Assembly (NCBI GenBank): GCA_040752695.1
Contig: JBFMGO010000014.1
Coordinates: 1 to 64,000 of the forward strand
Source of the DNA: a bacterium
GTDB lineage: Bacteria; SZUA-182; DTGQ01
DNA: 64,000 nt
Direction of reading: 5' to 3'
The position numbers were made by a program, and so were the translations under genes. This document shows, piece by piece, positions 46,222 through 56,830 of this stretch (its first letter is position 1; each line of letters begins with the position of its first letter). The notes under the pieces were generated by a model, which saw nothing but the letters and a program-made list of their open reading frames with translations, did no database searches and was not told the DNA's origin.

Positions 46222-47442
46222 ATGCCTGAAAACAGTATTTCAGTGAGATTCAGAATCAAGACGCAGAAGATAAGAGAGGAATTGGAAGAGGCCATCTCCT
46301 CGATAGAGGGGTTTGTTCTCCAGCGGTCTGAGAGCTCACAGCCCTGCGACCTTCTGATCATGGAAATGGGAGATGATCCGGCAGAGGAGTTTCGGCTGGT
46401 AAATGATTTCCAAACCCTGGGAATAGCGGGCGAGGTTTTTCTGACCTCGGATGTCACGGACTCTGAGACCCTGCTCAAGGCTTTAAGAACCGGCGTCAGG
46501 GAGTTTTTCCCCCAGCCTCTTCAGAGGGAAGAGGTGAAAACCGCCCTTATACACTTTAAAGAGCGGTTCGCGGAACAAAAGGGACAGGGAGGAGCAGGCA
46601 AGTCCTCATCGAAGAAGGGTAAGATAATAGCTGTCCTGGGCAGCAAGGGCGGGACGGGAACGACGACGGTAGCGGTAAATCTGGCTGCCTGCCTGGCCGG
46701 ACCGGGTGGGGGGCAGTCAATCGCTCTTTTGGACATTGGTTTTCCTTTCGGGGATGTATCGCTCTATTTAGGCATAAAACCCCTTTTTGACTGGACAGAG
46801 GCTGTCAGGAACATTTCCCGGCTGGATAATACCTATCTGACGAGTATTCTTACGAAACACTCTTCAGGGATTTACGTATTGCCATCTCCAGCCAGGCTGT
46901 CCGGGGAGCAGGAAATTGCCTCGGAGGACATGAAAGCTCTTCTTGAGGTCATGCGCACCATGTTTGATTTTATTATCGTAGACTGCGCACAGGCTCTCGA
47001 TGGAGCGGGCAGAATGGTTTTGAAGGAGTCGGATACGGTTCTTATGGTTACTCTTCTCAGCCTTCCCTGCCTTGTTAATGTCAAAAGAATCCTGTCCACT
47101 TTCCGGGACTTCGGTTATCCTTCTGAAAAGGACATACAAATACTGGCGAACCGGGTCCATAAAAACTCCCCCGTTTCTCTGAAGGAGGCGGAAGAGAGTG
47201 TCAAGAAAAAATTCCTGTGGGTATTTCCGAACAACTATCAACTGACCATGAGAGCCATCAATCAGGGAAAATCCCTTTGTGTTCTGGATCATGGTGCTGA
47301 AATATCCAAAAAGTTCAGAGAGTTGTCTTCTGCTTTTTCTGGCAGGAGCGAGAATGATGCAAAGGAGGGTTTTGCCGGTTCCAGGGTGGGGAAATTGCTG
47401 ACAAAAATTATCGGCGAAAGCGCCATCTTGTCAAGTCATTAA
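46222..47442 (+). CDS. cpaE: CpaE/TadZ (receiver-like plus MinD/ParA ATPase)
   Basis: ALRTGVREF and the deviant Walker A KGGTGTTT. Confidence 0.9.
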   Translation: MPENSISVRFRIKTQKIREELEEAISSIEGFVLQRSESSQPCDLLIMEMGDDPAEEFRLVNDFQTLGIAGEVFLTSDVTDSETLLKALRTGVREFFPQPLQREEVKTALIHFKERFAEQKGQGGAGKSSSKKGKIIAVLGSKGGTGTTTVAVNLAACLAGPGGGQSIALLDIGFPFGDVSLYLGIKPLFDWTEAVRNISRLDNTYLTSILTKHSSGIYVLPSPARLSGEQEIASEDMKALLEVMRTMFDFIIVDCAQALDGAGRMVLKESDTVLMVTLLSLPCLVNVKRILSTFRDFGYPSEKDIQILANRVHKNSPVSLKEAEESVKKKFLWVFPNNYQLTMRAINQGKSLCVLDHGAEISKKFRELSSAFSGRSENDAKEGFAGSRVGKLLTKIIGESAILSSH

Positions 47443-47500
47443 TACTGAGCGAATCAAGTCATGAATAGTTATCAAAACATCAGAAGATTAAGGAGAATAC

Positions 47501-48823
47501 ATGGCCCTCGTGGGTGAAAGACCGTTTACATTCTCAAGAACGAATGAATACATCGAGATGAAAGCAAGAGTTCATGATCGCCTTCTGGAGGTTTTGGACC
47601 TGTCGCTGATCGATTCTCTTGACCAGGTTTCATTGAGACGGCAAATCCGGGAACTGACTGAGGAAATAGTATCGGAAGATCAGTTCAGCATGCCCCTTAA
47701 TTCCGAAGAGCGGGAGCGATTTTACCGCGAAGTTCAGGATGAAGTGGTCGGGCTTGGGCCCATAGAGCCTTTCATGCGAGATCCTACGGTTTCGGATATC
47801 ATGGTGAATGGGTATAAACAGGTATATGTGGAGACGCGGGGGAAATTACATCGTACTGATGTCCGCTTCAGGGATGATGCCCACTTGAGGAAAGTCATTG
47901 ACAGAATTGTATCCGCCGTCGGGCGCAGGATTGACGAGTTCTGCCCTATGGTGGATGCCAGGCTGCCGGATGGCTCGCGAGTCAATGCCATCATTCCTCC
48001 TGTGGCTGTCGATGGACCTTCGCTGTCGATTAGGCGTTTTGCCGTTGATCCACTCGAATTGGATGATTTGATCGAATTAAAAACCCTGATTCCGGAAATC
48101 GGAGAACTTCTGCAGGGGATCGTCAAGGCGAGGCTGAATGTTTTGATTTCCGGAGGAACCGGCAGCGGAAAAACCACGCTTCTGAATGTGCTTTCCCGGT
48201 TTATTCCCGCTGACGAGAGGATCGTCACGGTCGAGGATGCTGCAGAGCTGCAACTGAAACAGGAACATGTAGTCCGTCTGGAAACGAGGCCTTCCAATGT
48301 CGAGGGCAAGGGTGAGATCAGCACCAGGGATCTGGTGAGGAACACTCTGAGAATGCGGCCTGAGCGGATTATCGTCGGTGAGGTCAGGGGATCGGAGGTT
48401 CTGGACATGCTCCAGGCAATGAACACGGGGCATGATGGATCACTGACGACTATCCATGCCAACTCACCCCGCGATGCTCTCATCCGGCTGGAGACACTGG
48501 TGGCCATGTCCGGGCTCACCATCCCCCATGAGGCAGTCAGGAGATATATCTCATCTGCCCTGAATGTCATCATTCAGTGTGCACGTCTTGTCGATGGAAG
48601 CAGGAAAGTGATGAGTCTCCAGGAGGTTACGGGAATGGAAGGAAACATAATCACCATGCAGGAAATCGTTTGCTTTGAACAAACCGGCATGGATGACAAC
48701 GGCAGAGTAAAAGGGAGATTCAGAATGTCAGGTGTCCTGCCGCGGTTTATAGACAGATTTAAGGTGCGGGGAATCCCCTTTTCGTATGAAACCTTCGGCA
48801 CCCCAAGAGTGTTGGAGATTTAG
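47501..48823 (+). CDS. cpaF: Tad assembly ATPase CpaF/TadA
   Basis: [24 protein letters not shown] and AMNTGHDGS. Confidence 0.95.
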   Translation: MALVGERPFTFSRTNEYIEMKARVHDRLLEVLDLSLIDSLDQVSLRRQIRELTEEIVSEDQFSMPLNSEERERFYREVQDEVVGLGPIEPFMRDPTVSDIMVNGYKQVYVETRGKLHRTDVRFRDDAHLRKVIDRIVSAVGRRIDEFCPMVDARLPDGSRVNAIIPPVAVDGPSLSIRRFAVDPLELDDLIELKTLIPEIGELLQGIVKARLNVLISGGTGSGKTTLLNVLSRFIPADERIVTVEDAAELQLKQEHVVRLETRPSNVEGKGEISTRDLVRNTLRMRPERIIVGEVRGSEVLDMLQAMNTGHDGSLTTIHANSPRDALIRLETLVAMSGLTIPHEAVRRYISSALNVIIQCARLVDGSRKVMSLQEVTGMEGNIITMQEIVCFEQTGMDDNGRVKGRFRMSGVLPRFIDRFKVRGIPFSYETFGTPRVLEI

Positions 48824-48836
48824 GGAGAGAAAGAGT

Positions 48837-49814
48837 ATGCTCCATATCATCGCTTCTATTGCCCTCTTTGCCACTTTGGTATTCTTTTTTATCGAGATCT
48901 TCCTGATTCAAAGAGCCATACGGAATCCGGAAGCGAAGAGACTTAAAAAGCAGCTTGAAGAGATCACCGGTGAAGCCCCAAGACGTCCCTCCGTTACTAC
49001 CATCAGGCTGAAGCAGCAAAGGAGTGATATTCCCTGGCTCAACAGGGTGCTGTCAAGTGCCTGGGCACCCCTTATACACTGGTTTGATCAGATTCTGCTG
49101 CAATCCAATACCCAGCATCCCCTGGGAGTTTTTGTCCTGTTCAGTCTTCTTCTTGGTCTGAGCGGATTTTGTATTGTCTTCAGGCTGACCAGGAGCTACC
49201 CTCTCGCATTTCCCGCGGGAGGGCTGGCGAGTACCTTGCCCTTTTTCTACCTTTCCATAAAAAGGATGCGCAGAATGCGCAAGTTTGAACAGCAGTTGCC
49301 CGATGCCCTCGATTTGATTGCACGGGCATTAAAAGCAGGACAGGCTTTCCCCGGCGGGCTCCAGATGGTGGCCCAGGAGTTTGACGATCCCATAGGCCCT
49401 GAATTCGAAAAAACCTTTGTTCAGATCAACCTCGGTGCCGGTTATCAGGAGGCATTAAAAAGTCTCACCGATCGCGTCGATTGTCCTGACCTCAAATTTT
49501 TTGCCATTTCCGTTATTATTCAGAGACAAACCGGTGGGAATCTAGCTGAAATTTTGGAAAACATCAGCCGTCTCATCAGGGAAAGATTCAAGCTGCGCGG
49601 TCATGTTCGAGCCCTGGCTGCTGAAGGGAAGCTGTCTGCCTGTGTTCTGATAGCACTCCCTTTTTTAATCTTTATTACGCTTTCTTGCATCAATCCGGAT
49701 TATGTCAATGTTTTAGTAACGAATGATATTGGGAAGATGCTGATTTTCGGCTCGCTGGTCATGATGATGCTGGGAGTTTTCATTATGAAAAAAATTGCTA
49801 CCATAAAGGTTTAG
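48837..49814 (+). CDS. tadB: TadB (T2SSF domain)
   Basis: FEQQLPDALD...LKAG and QRQTGGNLAE. Confidence 0.92.
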   Translation: MLHIIASIALFATLVFFFIEIFLIQRAIRNPEAKRLKKQLEEITGEAPRRPSVTTIRLKQQRSDIPWLNRVLSSAWAPLIHWFDQILLQSNTQHPLGVFVLFSLLLGLSGFCIVFRLTRSYPLAFPAGGLASTLPFFYLSIKRMRRMRKFEQQLPDALDLIARALKAGQAFPGGLQMVAQEFDDPIGPEFEKTFVQINLGAGYQEALKSLTDRVDCPDLKFFAISVIIQRQTGGNLAEILENISRLIRERFKLRGHVRALAAEGKLSACVLIALPFLIFITLSCINPDYVNVLVTNDIGKMLIFGSLVMMMLGVFIMKKIATIKV

Positions 49815-49833
49815 ACAGGCGGAGATCGATACC

Positions 49834-50784
49834 ATGAATTATTATTTAATATGCGGATTAATATATTCCGATATCCTGTTAGCCACCATGTGGATTTACC
49901 TTTATGTCATTTACATCAGGGAACGCCATAACCTCATGGAAAAAATTAAACAAGATGGGGTCAGGCAAAAGGGGCGGGGGACCAAGATCCTGTCCGGATC
50001 GGGTGCCGTTATCTCCTGGACCAAACTGTACTTGACAAAGGTTATGAGCAAACTGGGAAACAAGCTGAAGCCGAAGAACGAGGGGGAATTGTCCAGCGCG
50101 CAGACAAAGCTTTTACGTGCCGGTTACCGGAACAGAAACGCTGCCATCATTTTTTTCGGTGTCAAGGGCTTTTTTGTCATTCTATTTCCGTCCATCCTTC
50201 TCCTTCGATTTTTTGTCTTCAGGCCATCGAGCGTTTCCCGGTTTACGTTTCTCCTGCTCCTGTCCACAGTGATTAGTCTTTATTTACCTCAGCTCTGGCT
50301 CTATGTACGCATTTCCCGAAGAAAAGAGAGGATAACCGAAGGATTTCCCGATACGCTTGACCTGCTGGTTGTCTGCGTTGAAGCGGGTATGGGGCTGGAT
50401 GCAGCTATAAACCGCGTTGCAGACGAGATGAAACTGGTCAACAATGTGATCAGCGAAGAACTTCAAATGCTCAACCTGGAACTGAGGGCAGGGAAACCGC
50501 GTCTGGATGCCCTGAGGAGCCTCGCTTTCAGGACTGACCTGGACGATGTAAAGAGCCTGGTAACCTTATTAATTCAAGCAGACCGGTTTGGTACCAGTGT
50601 AGCACAGGCATTGAGGATTCAATCGGACTCCATGAGAACAAAAAGATATCAGAAAGCAGAAGAGAAAGCTGCCCAGTTATCGGTGAAACTCCTGTTTCCC
50701 CTTATCTTTTGCATTTTTCCATCTCTCTTTATTATCATCCTGGGACCAGCGGTTATTCGACTGCTGGAAATTTATCACCGCTGA
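49834..50784 (+). CDS. tadC: TadC (T2SSF domain)
   Basis: FPDTLDLL..CVEAG, Q..RFGTS and AEEKAA..VKLLFPL. Confidence 0.92.
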   Translation: MNYYLICGLIYSDILLATMWIYLYVIYIRERHNLMEKIKQDGVRQKGRGTKILSGSGAVISWTKLYLTKVMSKLGNKLKPKNEGELSSAQTKLLRAGYRNRNAAIIFFGVKGFFVILFPSILLLRFFVFRPSSVSRFTFLLLLSTVISLYLPQLWLYVRISRRKERITEGFPDTLDLLVVCVEAGMGLDAAINRVADEMKLVNNVISEELQMLNLELRAGKPRLDALRSLAFRTDLDDVKSLVTLLIQADRFGTSVAQALRIQSDSMRTKRYQKAEEKAAQLSVKLLFPLIFCIFPSLFIIILGPAVIRLLEIYHR

Positions 50785-50950
50785 TTACAGAAAGAGCATT
50801 AACCCTTGAATAACATTTTTATTCACACCGGAGGTTTTTGAATATGAAGAATAGAGGCAGGCAGCCTGTTACCAATGACAATATCAACGCACTAACAGAC
50901 CGGCATCCGATCCTGCAGAGAGGATTGCTCAGGTCGAAACAAATACGCCT

Positions 50951-51910
50951 ATGAGACCGTTGACACTTTTTCGTACACTCATTTTTTCCCTTCTCCTTAT
51001 CATCGCTACGGGCCTTTTGGGGTGTGCCACTGTGGGAGACCAGAAGAATGTTCTTGGTGAGGGCGACTATGAGCGGTGGCTGGACATGGAAAAGCAAATT
51101 GACTCAGAACCGCTGGCGGAAGAAGCTGCAAACAGAGGGCCGGCAGTAACTGCCGAAGAATTTGAAGAGCTCGGTGACCGGTACGTCAGACAGGGCAAAA
51201 CGGGTATGGCTCTTTTAGAATATGAAAAGGCTCTTCGCCTGAAGCCGCATGAGTCTATCCTTCGTTACAAGATGGGGATTATCTACCTGAAAAGGGATAT
51301 GATCAACGAGGCACTGAAGGCCTTTGAGGAGGTTCTCTCGGATAATCCGAAAAATGCTCTGGCTCATGAAGGCAAAGGACGGGTATTTCTCGCCAGGGGC
51401 GAACTGGATGCAGCAAAAGAGAGCTTCCAGACGGCTATAAATCTCAACCCGCAATCATGGCAGCCGTACGTTTTCCTGGGATTGGTTTATGACCATAAGA
51501 AGCAGTATATATCCGCTATCAACGAGTATCAGAAGGCGATAGCCATAAACCCGGCTTCAAGTACCCTGTTGAATAATCTGGGAATGTCCTATTACCTGAA
51601 AGGAGATTATCAGCAGGCAGTAGATACCTTGACCGAGGCATCGCAAATGGTGCAGGTAGACCCAAAAACATATAATAATCTCGGCCTGGCCCTGGGCAAA
51701 GCGGGAAAGTATGAGGAAGCGCTGGAGGCTTTCAAAAAGGGCGGGGATGAGGCTGCCGCTTACAATAATCTCGGGTGTCTCTACATGGGTGACGGGAAAT
51801 ATGAGGAAGCGATTCAGTCATTTGAGAAAGCGGTTGAAAACAAAGCTGGTTTTTACCCAAAGGCTCATGAAAATCTCATAAAGGCCAGGGCCGCTCTATT
51901 CAGCAAGTAA
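50951..51910 (+). CDS. tadD: TPR lipoprotein, TadD-like
   Basis: Lipobox LLGC; multiple TPRs (NNLG); last gene of the tad operon. Confidence 0.75.
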   Translation: MRPLTLFRTLIFSLLLIIATGLLGCATVGDQKNVLGEGDYERWLDMEKQIDSEPLAEEAANRGPAVTAEEFEELGDRYVRQGKTGMALLEYEKALRLKPHESILRYKMGIIYLKRDMINEALKAFEEVLSDNPKNALAHEGKGRVFLARGELDAAKESFQTAINLNPQSWQPYVFLGLVYDHKKQYISAINEYQKAIAINPASSTLLNNLGMSYYLKGDYQQAVDTLTEASQMVQVDPKTYNNLGLALGKAGKYEEALEAFKKGGDEAAAYNNLGCLYMGDGKYEEAIQSFEKAVENKAGFYPKAHENLIKARAALFSK

Positions 51911-52277
51911 GCAAGCAAGTAAGTAAGTAATTGAGGCAGGAGGCAGGAGGCTGAGAAGGCTCGATGTGAGGGCTGGTGTTGCCGGGGTTGATGTTTAATG
52001 TCGCTGGACTAGGATGCTGGTTGCCGGGGCTGAACGCTTGATGCCGAAGTTGGGTGGGGTGCAAGGATGCAGGACAATGGTGCTGGAGGCTTGGAGCAGG
52101 CTTACGCTGTGGAGGCTGGATATTGTGGCGGCTGGTGGCTGGATGCGGGGTGGCGCAGTGCTGGGCAAAATGGTCCAGGCACTGCGCACCCCGTAATCTC
52201 AACCATGTATTGGTATCGGTTCATCGAAGAGCGCCAGATTTCCTTTTCCCTTGTGGGGCAGTTCGTTTTTTCATCTT

Positions 52278-53666
52278 TTAAGGCAGTCCGGCCATTTTGT
52301 CAGGCTGTACTGCCTGGTCGAATTCTTCTTCAGTTAAAAATCCCAGGTTACGTGCAGCCTCTTTCAGGGTGGTTTTTTCCTGGTATGCTTTTTTGGCAAT
52401 CTGGGCGGCCCGGTCATAGCCGATTTTCGTATTGAGGGCAGTGACCAGCATAAGAGAATTTTTCACATACTCCTCGATTCGTTCACGGTTGGGTTCGATT
52501 CCTATCACGCACTTATGATTGAAGGAAATGGACGCGTCGGCCAGCAGCCGGATGGACTGGAGCAGATTGTAAATCATCACCGGCTTGTAGACATTCAGCT
52601 CGAAATTGCCGGAGGCTCCGGCCAGAGTGATGGCGGCATCGTTGCCGATTACCTGGCAGGCGACCATAGTCAGGGCCTCACACTGGGTGGGATTAACCTT
52701 GCCGGGCATAATGGAGCTCCCCGGCTCGTTTTCCGGTATGCTGATTTCAAACAGTCCGCACCGTGGGCCGCTGGCCAGCCACCGGATATCGTTCGCGATC
52801 TTCATCAGACAGCAGGCCACGGATTTCAATGCCCCGCTGGTTCCTACCACTGCATCGTTGGCAGCCAGTGCCTCGAACTTGTTTTCAGCGCTGACAAAGG
52901 GCAGCCCGGTCAACCGGGAAATTTCCCCGGCAACCTCGATGCCGTAATTCGGCGGCGCATTGAGCCCGGTGCCGACGGCGGTTCCTCCAAGGGCCAATTC
53001 CGAGAGGTGAGACAGGGTATTTCGGATCGCTTTGATTCCATGCTCGATTTGAGAAGCATATCCGGAAAATTCCTGTCCGAGCGTCAAGGGGACAGCATCT
53101 TGCAGGTGTGTCCGGCCAATTTTGACGATACCGGCAAATTCCCTTGATTTTTCCCCAAGCACATCTTTCAACTGAGTCAGGGCGGGCAGCAAGCGGCAGG
53201 TGATCTGCTCAAAGGCCGCAATGTGCATGGCGGATGGAAAGACATCGTTTGAGGATTGGGACTTGTTGACATGATCGTTGGGATGGACGGGATATTTACT
53301 GCCGAGTGTTCCTCCGAGGATTTCGATGCTGCGGTTTGCGATGACCTCATTGATATTCATGTTGGTCTGGGTTCCGCTGCCGGTCTGCCAGACTATGAGG
53401 GGGAAATGGTCATCCAGTTCGCCAGCGATGACTTCGTTGGCAGCCAGCTCAATCGCCTCTGCCAGCTTTCGATCCAGCACTCCCAGCCGGGCATTCACCC
53501 TGGCCGCGGCTTTTTTCAGGATACCGAGCGCCCGGATAAATTCCCTGGGAAAACGCTCAGTACCGATTTTAAAGTTTTCCAATGACCTCTGGGTCTGGGC
53601 ACCGTAATACCGGTCCGCTGGGACTTGAATTTCTCCCACGCTGTCTTTTTCCATGCGATTCGACAT
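52278..53666 (-). CDS. fumC: Class II fumarate hydratase
   Basis: [22 protein letters not shown] and [13 protein letters not shown]. Confidence 0.97.
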   Translation of the reverse strand: MSNRMEKDSVGEIQVPADRYYGAQTQRSLENFKIGTERFPREFIRALGILKKAAARVNARLGVLDRKLAEAIELAANEVIAGELDDHFPLIVWQTGSGTQTNMNINEVIANRSIEILGGTLGSKYPVHPNDHVNKSQSSNDVFPSAMHIAAFEQITCRLLPALTQLKDVLGEKSREFAGIVKIGRTHLQDAVPLTLGQEFSGYASQIEHGIKAIRNTLSHLSELALGGTAVGTGLNAPPNYGIEVAGEISRLTGLPFVSAENKFEALAANDAVVGTSGALKSVACCLMKIANDIRWLASGPRCGLFEISIPENEPGSSIMPGKVNPTQCEALTMVACQVIGNDAAITLAGASGNFELNVYKPVMIYNLLQSIRLLADASISFNHKCVIGIEPNRERIEEYVKNSLMLVTALNTKIGYDRAAQIAKKAYQEKTTLKEAARNLGFLTEEEFDQAVQPDKMAGLP

Positions 53667-53866
53667 ATTTTTCCCCTCTTAAGATGTGATTTATTTTTAA
53701 ACCCAAGCGTGATATATATGTTAAGTTCAATCAAAATTCCCTTGCTAACTATATCACAGTGTTGCCAAGTGCTTATAGGGATTTTCGAATAATATTTCTT
53801 TACGAAAAGCTCATTTATGGTTAGAATAAGAATAAATACACTTAGAAAGAGGGAGGATCTTGCTCA

Positions 53867-54955
53867 ATGCGTTCTCAGGTAACCGTTGTGAAAACCAAAC
53901 CGGACACTGTCATCGAGGATATTCAATCTCTTTGCACTTCGGCCGGTTTGGAAAAGGCTCTATCCCCGTCGCAGGGAACTATTTTAAAGGATAATATCTC
54001 CTGGCACTACCCCTATTTAAGTGCCAACACCACGCCATGGCAGTTGGAAGGAGTCATTCGGGCACTTAAGGGGGCGGGATTCAGCAATCTGGTGGCTGTC
54101 CATAACAATACGGTGGTAACCGACCCTTTCAAGGGCGGGAGATTGAATAAACTTGAGCCTGTTTATCGCAAGTACAAGATCCCTGAAAGGTACAATTTCA
54201 ATCCTCAGCACATCCAGTGGATTGCCTACAAGCCAAAGGCAAAAATGATGGCACTGGATAAAATTTTCCCCGAAGGGATCAGGATTCCCGAATATTTTAT
54301 CGGTAAAAACATACTTCATCTGCCTACGGTAAAATGCCATATTTATACAACGACTACAGGGGCCATGAAGAATGCATTCGGAGGACTGCTCAACACCAGA
54401 CGTCACTACACCCACAGCGTTATCCATGAGACCCTGGTTGATCTTCTGGCTATTCAGAAGGAGATCCATACGGGTATTTTTTGCGTCATGGATGGGACTC
54501 TCTGCGGCTGCGGACCAGGCCCTCGAACCATGATCCCCGTTGAAAAAGACTACATGCTGGCCAGTGCGGACAGTGTGGCCATTGATGCGGTGGCTGCCAA
54601 AATGATGGGGTTTGACCCTCTGAAAATCGGATTTATCCGCATGGCCCATGAGGCGGGCTTAGGGGTTGGTGATCCCAGAGAGATTGAAATTCTGGGGGAA
54701 GATATTAAAAATGTGAATTTTCACTTTTGGGTGGGCGACAATTTCGCCAGTCAGTTCGGGGATCTGTTCTGGTTCAGTCCCTTGAAACGGTTTCAGAAGT
54801 TCTTTTTTCATACTCCCTTAGTCTATGCTTTCGTATTTAGTTCCTTTTTTTATCATGATAAAATCTGGTGGCCTTTTGTGGGCCAGAAGATTCAAAAGAC
54901 CATACGGCTCAATACCAAGTGGGGGAAATTCTTCCATGAATATGGAAGGGGATAG
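53867..54955 (+). CDS. DUF362 family protein
   Basis: LKDNISW, LPTVKCH, GAMKN.FG and D.VAIDAV. Confidence 0.75.
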   Translation: MRSQVTVVKTKPDTVIEDIQSLCTSAGLEKALSPSQGTILKDNISWHYPYLSANTTPWQLEGVIRALKGAGFSNLVAVHNNTVVTDPFKGGRLNKLEPVYRKYKIPERYNFNPQHIQWIAYKPKAKMMALDKIFPEGIRIPEYFIGKNILHLPTVKCHIYTTTTGAMKNAFGGLLNTRRHYTHSVIHETLVDLLAIQKEIHTGIFCVMDGTLCGCGPGPRTMIPVEKDYMLASADSVAIDAVAAKMMGFDPLKIGFIRMAHEAGLGVGDPREIEILGEDIKNVNFHFWVGDNFASQFGDLFWFSPLKRFQKFFFHTPLVYAFVFSSFFYHDKIWWPFVGQKIQKTIRLNTKWGKFFHEYGRG

Positions 54956-55054
54956 AGAGTTCAGGTCTTCAGAGCTTTCGGAGTACGAAGGGCTCTTGGT
55001 GTTCTGTAGGTATCAGGTTACAGTTGAAGCATTCGTGTGATAAGGAGGTCTGTC

Positions 55055-55714
55055 ATGGAAAGTAAACATTTTTCTTTTTTCATTCTTTCCCTCTTCTCCC
55101 TGCTGCTGGCCATATCCCCTCGCCAGTGCTTTGGTGCTATGGTTCCCTACCAGGGAGGAACGGTGACTACCATCGAAGGGAAGATCACCGGTATTTATAC
55201 GGTCGATAACCGGACAACTTCAGAGCTTGGGTTTCACCTGAAGGTCGAGACATCCGCAGGGGATTACATCGTTCATGTTTCCCCGCAATGGTATGCGGAT
55301 AAGCAAAACTTCCAGTTCATGGAAGGGGAATTGCTGACTGTTACCGGTTCAGCTTTTACGCGAGATCAGCAAAAGAATATCTATGCGGCCACTATTACCC
55401 GGCGGTTCAGCGCTCTTGCACGAGAGCAGCAGATCATGCTTGCCTCTGAAATCCTCGCTCCTTCGAGCGATCTTCAGGCTCTGGCCAGAAAGTATGCAAT
55501 CTCGATCGAAGAGGCAGAGCGCATCAAAACCAGAGTGGCGCAGTACCTGGATCAGGCCCTCTTTCCTGAGCCGGTTCAATTGAGGGATCCCAAGACAGGT
55601 GACGGGCTGTGGGGAGGCAGATTTTACGAGCAGAACATGCCGTTAGTCCGGCAGCAGAAACAGTGGGAGATGCGAAAAAGAATGCAGGAGACGCGGGGAG
55701 GAAAGCCACAATAA
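55055..55714 (+). CDS. Exported OB-fold protein (MamS/MamX-like domain) with an internal helical insert
   Basis: Signal peptide; TIEGKI, HLKV, VHVSPQWY, G..LTVTGS and LRD..G..LW. Confidence 0.5.
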   Translation: MESKHFSFFILSLFSLLLAISPRQCFGAMVPYQGGTVTTIEGKITGIYTVDNRTTSELGFHLKVETSAGDYIVHVSPQWYADKQNFQFMEGELLTVTGSAFTRDQQKNIYAATITRRFSALAREQQIMLASEILAPSSDLQALARKYAISIEEAERIKTRVAQYLDQALFPEPVQLRDPKTGDGLWGGRFYEQNMPLVRQQKQWEMRKRMQETRGGKPQ

Positions 55715-55732
55715 GCAGGGATAAAACTTTAT

Positions 55733-55802
55733 GATCAGATAGATCAGATATGTCTTGATCTATCTGATCTATCTGATCTATTTGATCTATTTGATCTATT
55801 TG
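55733..55802. repeat. 9-bp tandem repeat (gatctatct/gatctattt) with inverted copies
   Basis: gatcagata x2 followed by tgatctat[c/t] x5. Confidence 0.85.
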
Positions 55803-55830
55803 TAAATCTGAGATCTAAGGAGATTGGTTG

Positions 55831-56757
55831 ATGTCTTTTTATGATACCGTTATCATTGGAGGAGGCCCGGCTGGATTGAGTGCAGGTCTTTACGCTGCCA
55901 GGGCCGGTCTGAAATCCCTTCTTTTGGAAAAGAGCTTCCTGGGAGGGCAGGCCATAACTACAGACAAGGTGGAGAATTATCCGGGTTTTCCTGAGCCGAT
56001 AAGCGGTCTGAAGATTATCCAGAATATGGAGGAACAGGCACGCAAGTATGACCTGGCCATAGACGTGCAGGGGGTAAAGTCCCTCGTGCGTAATCACGAG
56101 ACGGATTTTCGCATCTATCTGGAGAACGGGCAGGAGCTTGGCAGCCATACGGTTATTCTGGCCACCGGCGCATCACCCATACGCCTTGGTGTCCCCGGTG
56201 AAGAGGAATTCACCGGCCGCGGCGTTTCTTACTGCGCTACCTGCGATGGGCCGCTCTTTCGGGAGAGGGAAATCGTAGTGATCGGAGGTGGAAACTCTGC
56301 CCTGGAAGAAGCGCTCTTTCTGGCCAAATTCGCTCAAAAGGTGACGATCGTTCACCGCAGGAGCGCACTGCGCGCAGATAAGATTCTTCAGGAGAGGGCT
56401 TTTCAAAACCCGAAAATACATTTTCTGTGGGGTTCGACGGTCCAGGAAATCAAAGGGGATACCCAGGTGAGGGAGATCATCGTACAAAACCTTGCCGATC
56501 AATCTGTAGCCTCTCACCGGATCGACGGTCTGTTTATTTATGTTGGCTCAAAGCCCAACACTGCGTGGCTGCCTTCGACCGTTGCGGTAGATCCGCAAGG
56601 CTTCGTCATTACCGACGAGAAGCTTTCCACCAGTCTAAAGGGGCTTTTTGCTGCCGGGGATTGCCGGCAAAAACCGCTGCGGCAGATCGTTACCGCCGCC
56701 AGTGACGGGGCCCTGGCCGGAATGATGGCTTACCACTATCTCCAGGAAAATACTTGA
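55831..56757 (+). CDS. trxB: Thioredoxin reductase
   Basis: GGGPAG, ENYPG, CATCDG, GGGNSA, HRR and AAGD. Confidence 0.95.
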   Translation: MSFYDTVIIGGGPAGLSAGLYAARAGLKSLLLEKSFLGGQAITTDKVENYPGFPEPISGLKIIQNMEEQARKYDLAIDVQGVKSLVRNHETDFRIYLENGQELGSHTVILATGASPIRLGVPGEEEFTGRGVSYCATCDGPLFREREIVVIGGGNSALEEALFLAKFAQKVTIVHRRSALRADKILQERAFQNPKIHFLWGSTVQEIKGDTQVREIIVQNLADQSVASHRIDGLFIYVGSKPNTAWLPSTVAVDPQGFVITDEKLSTSLKGLFAAGDCRQKPLRQIVTAASDGALAGMMAYHYLQENT

Positions 56758-56830
56758 CAAATAATGAGTAAATACTGTATATTGACCCAGTTTGCTTGGC
56801 TATTAACTTAGGAAAAACAAAAGGTTCATC

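Noticed and set aside
55055..55714. Magnetosome gene
   Set aside because: Only a generic OB-fold resemblance; no magnetochrome motifs and no other mam genes.
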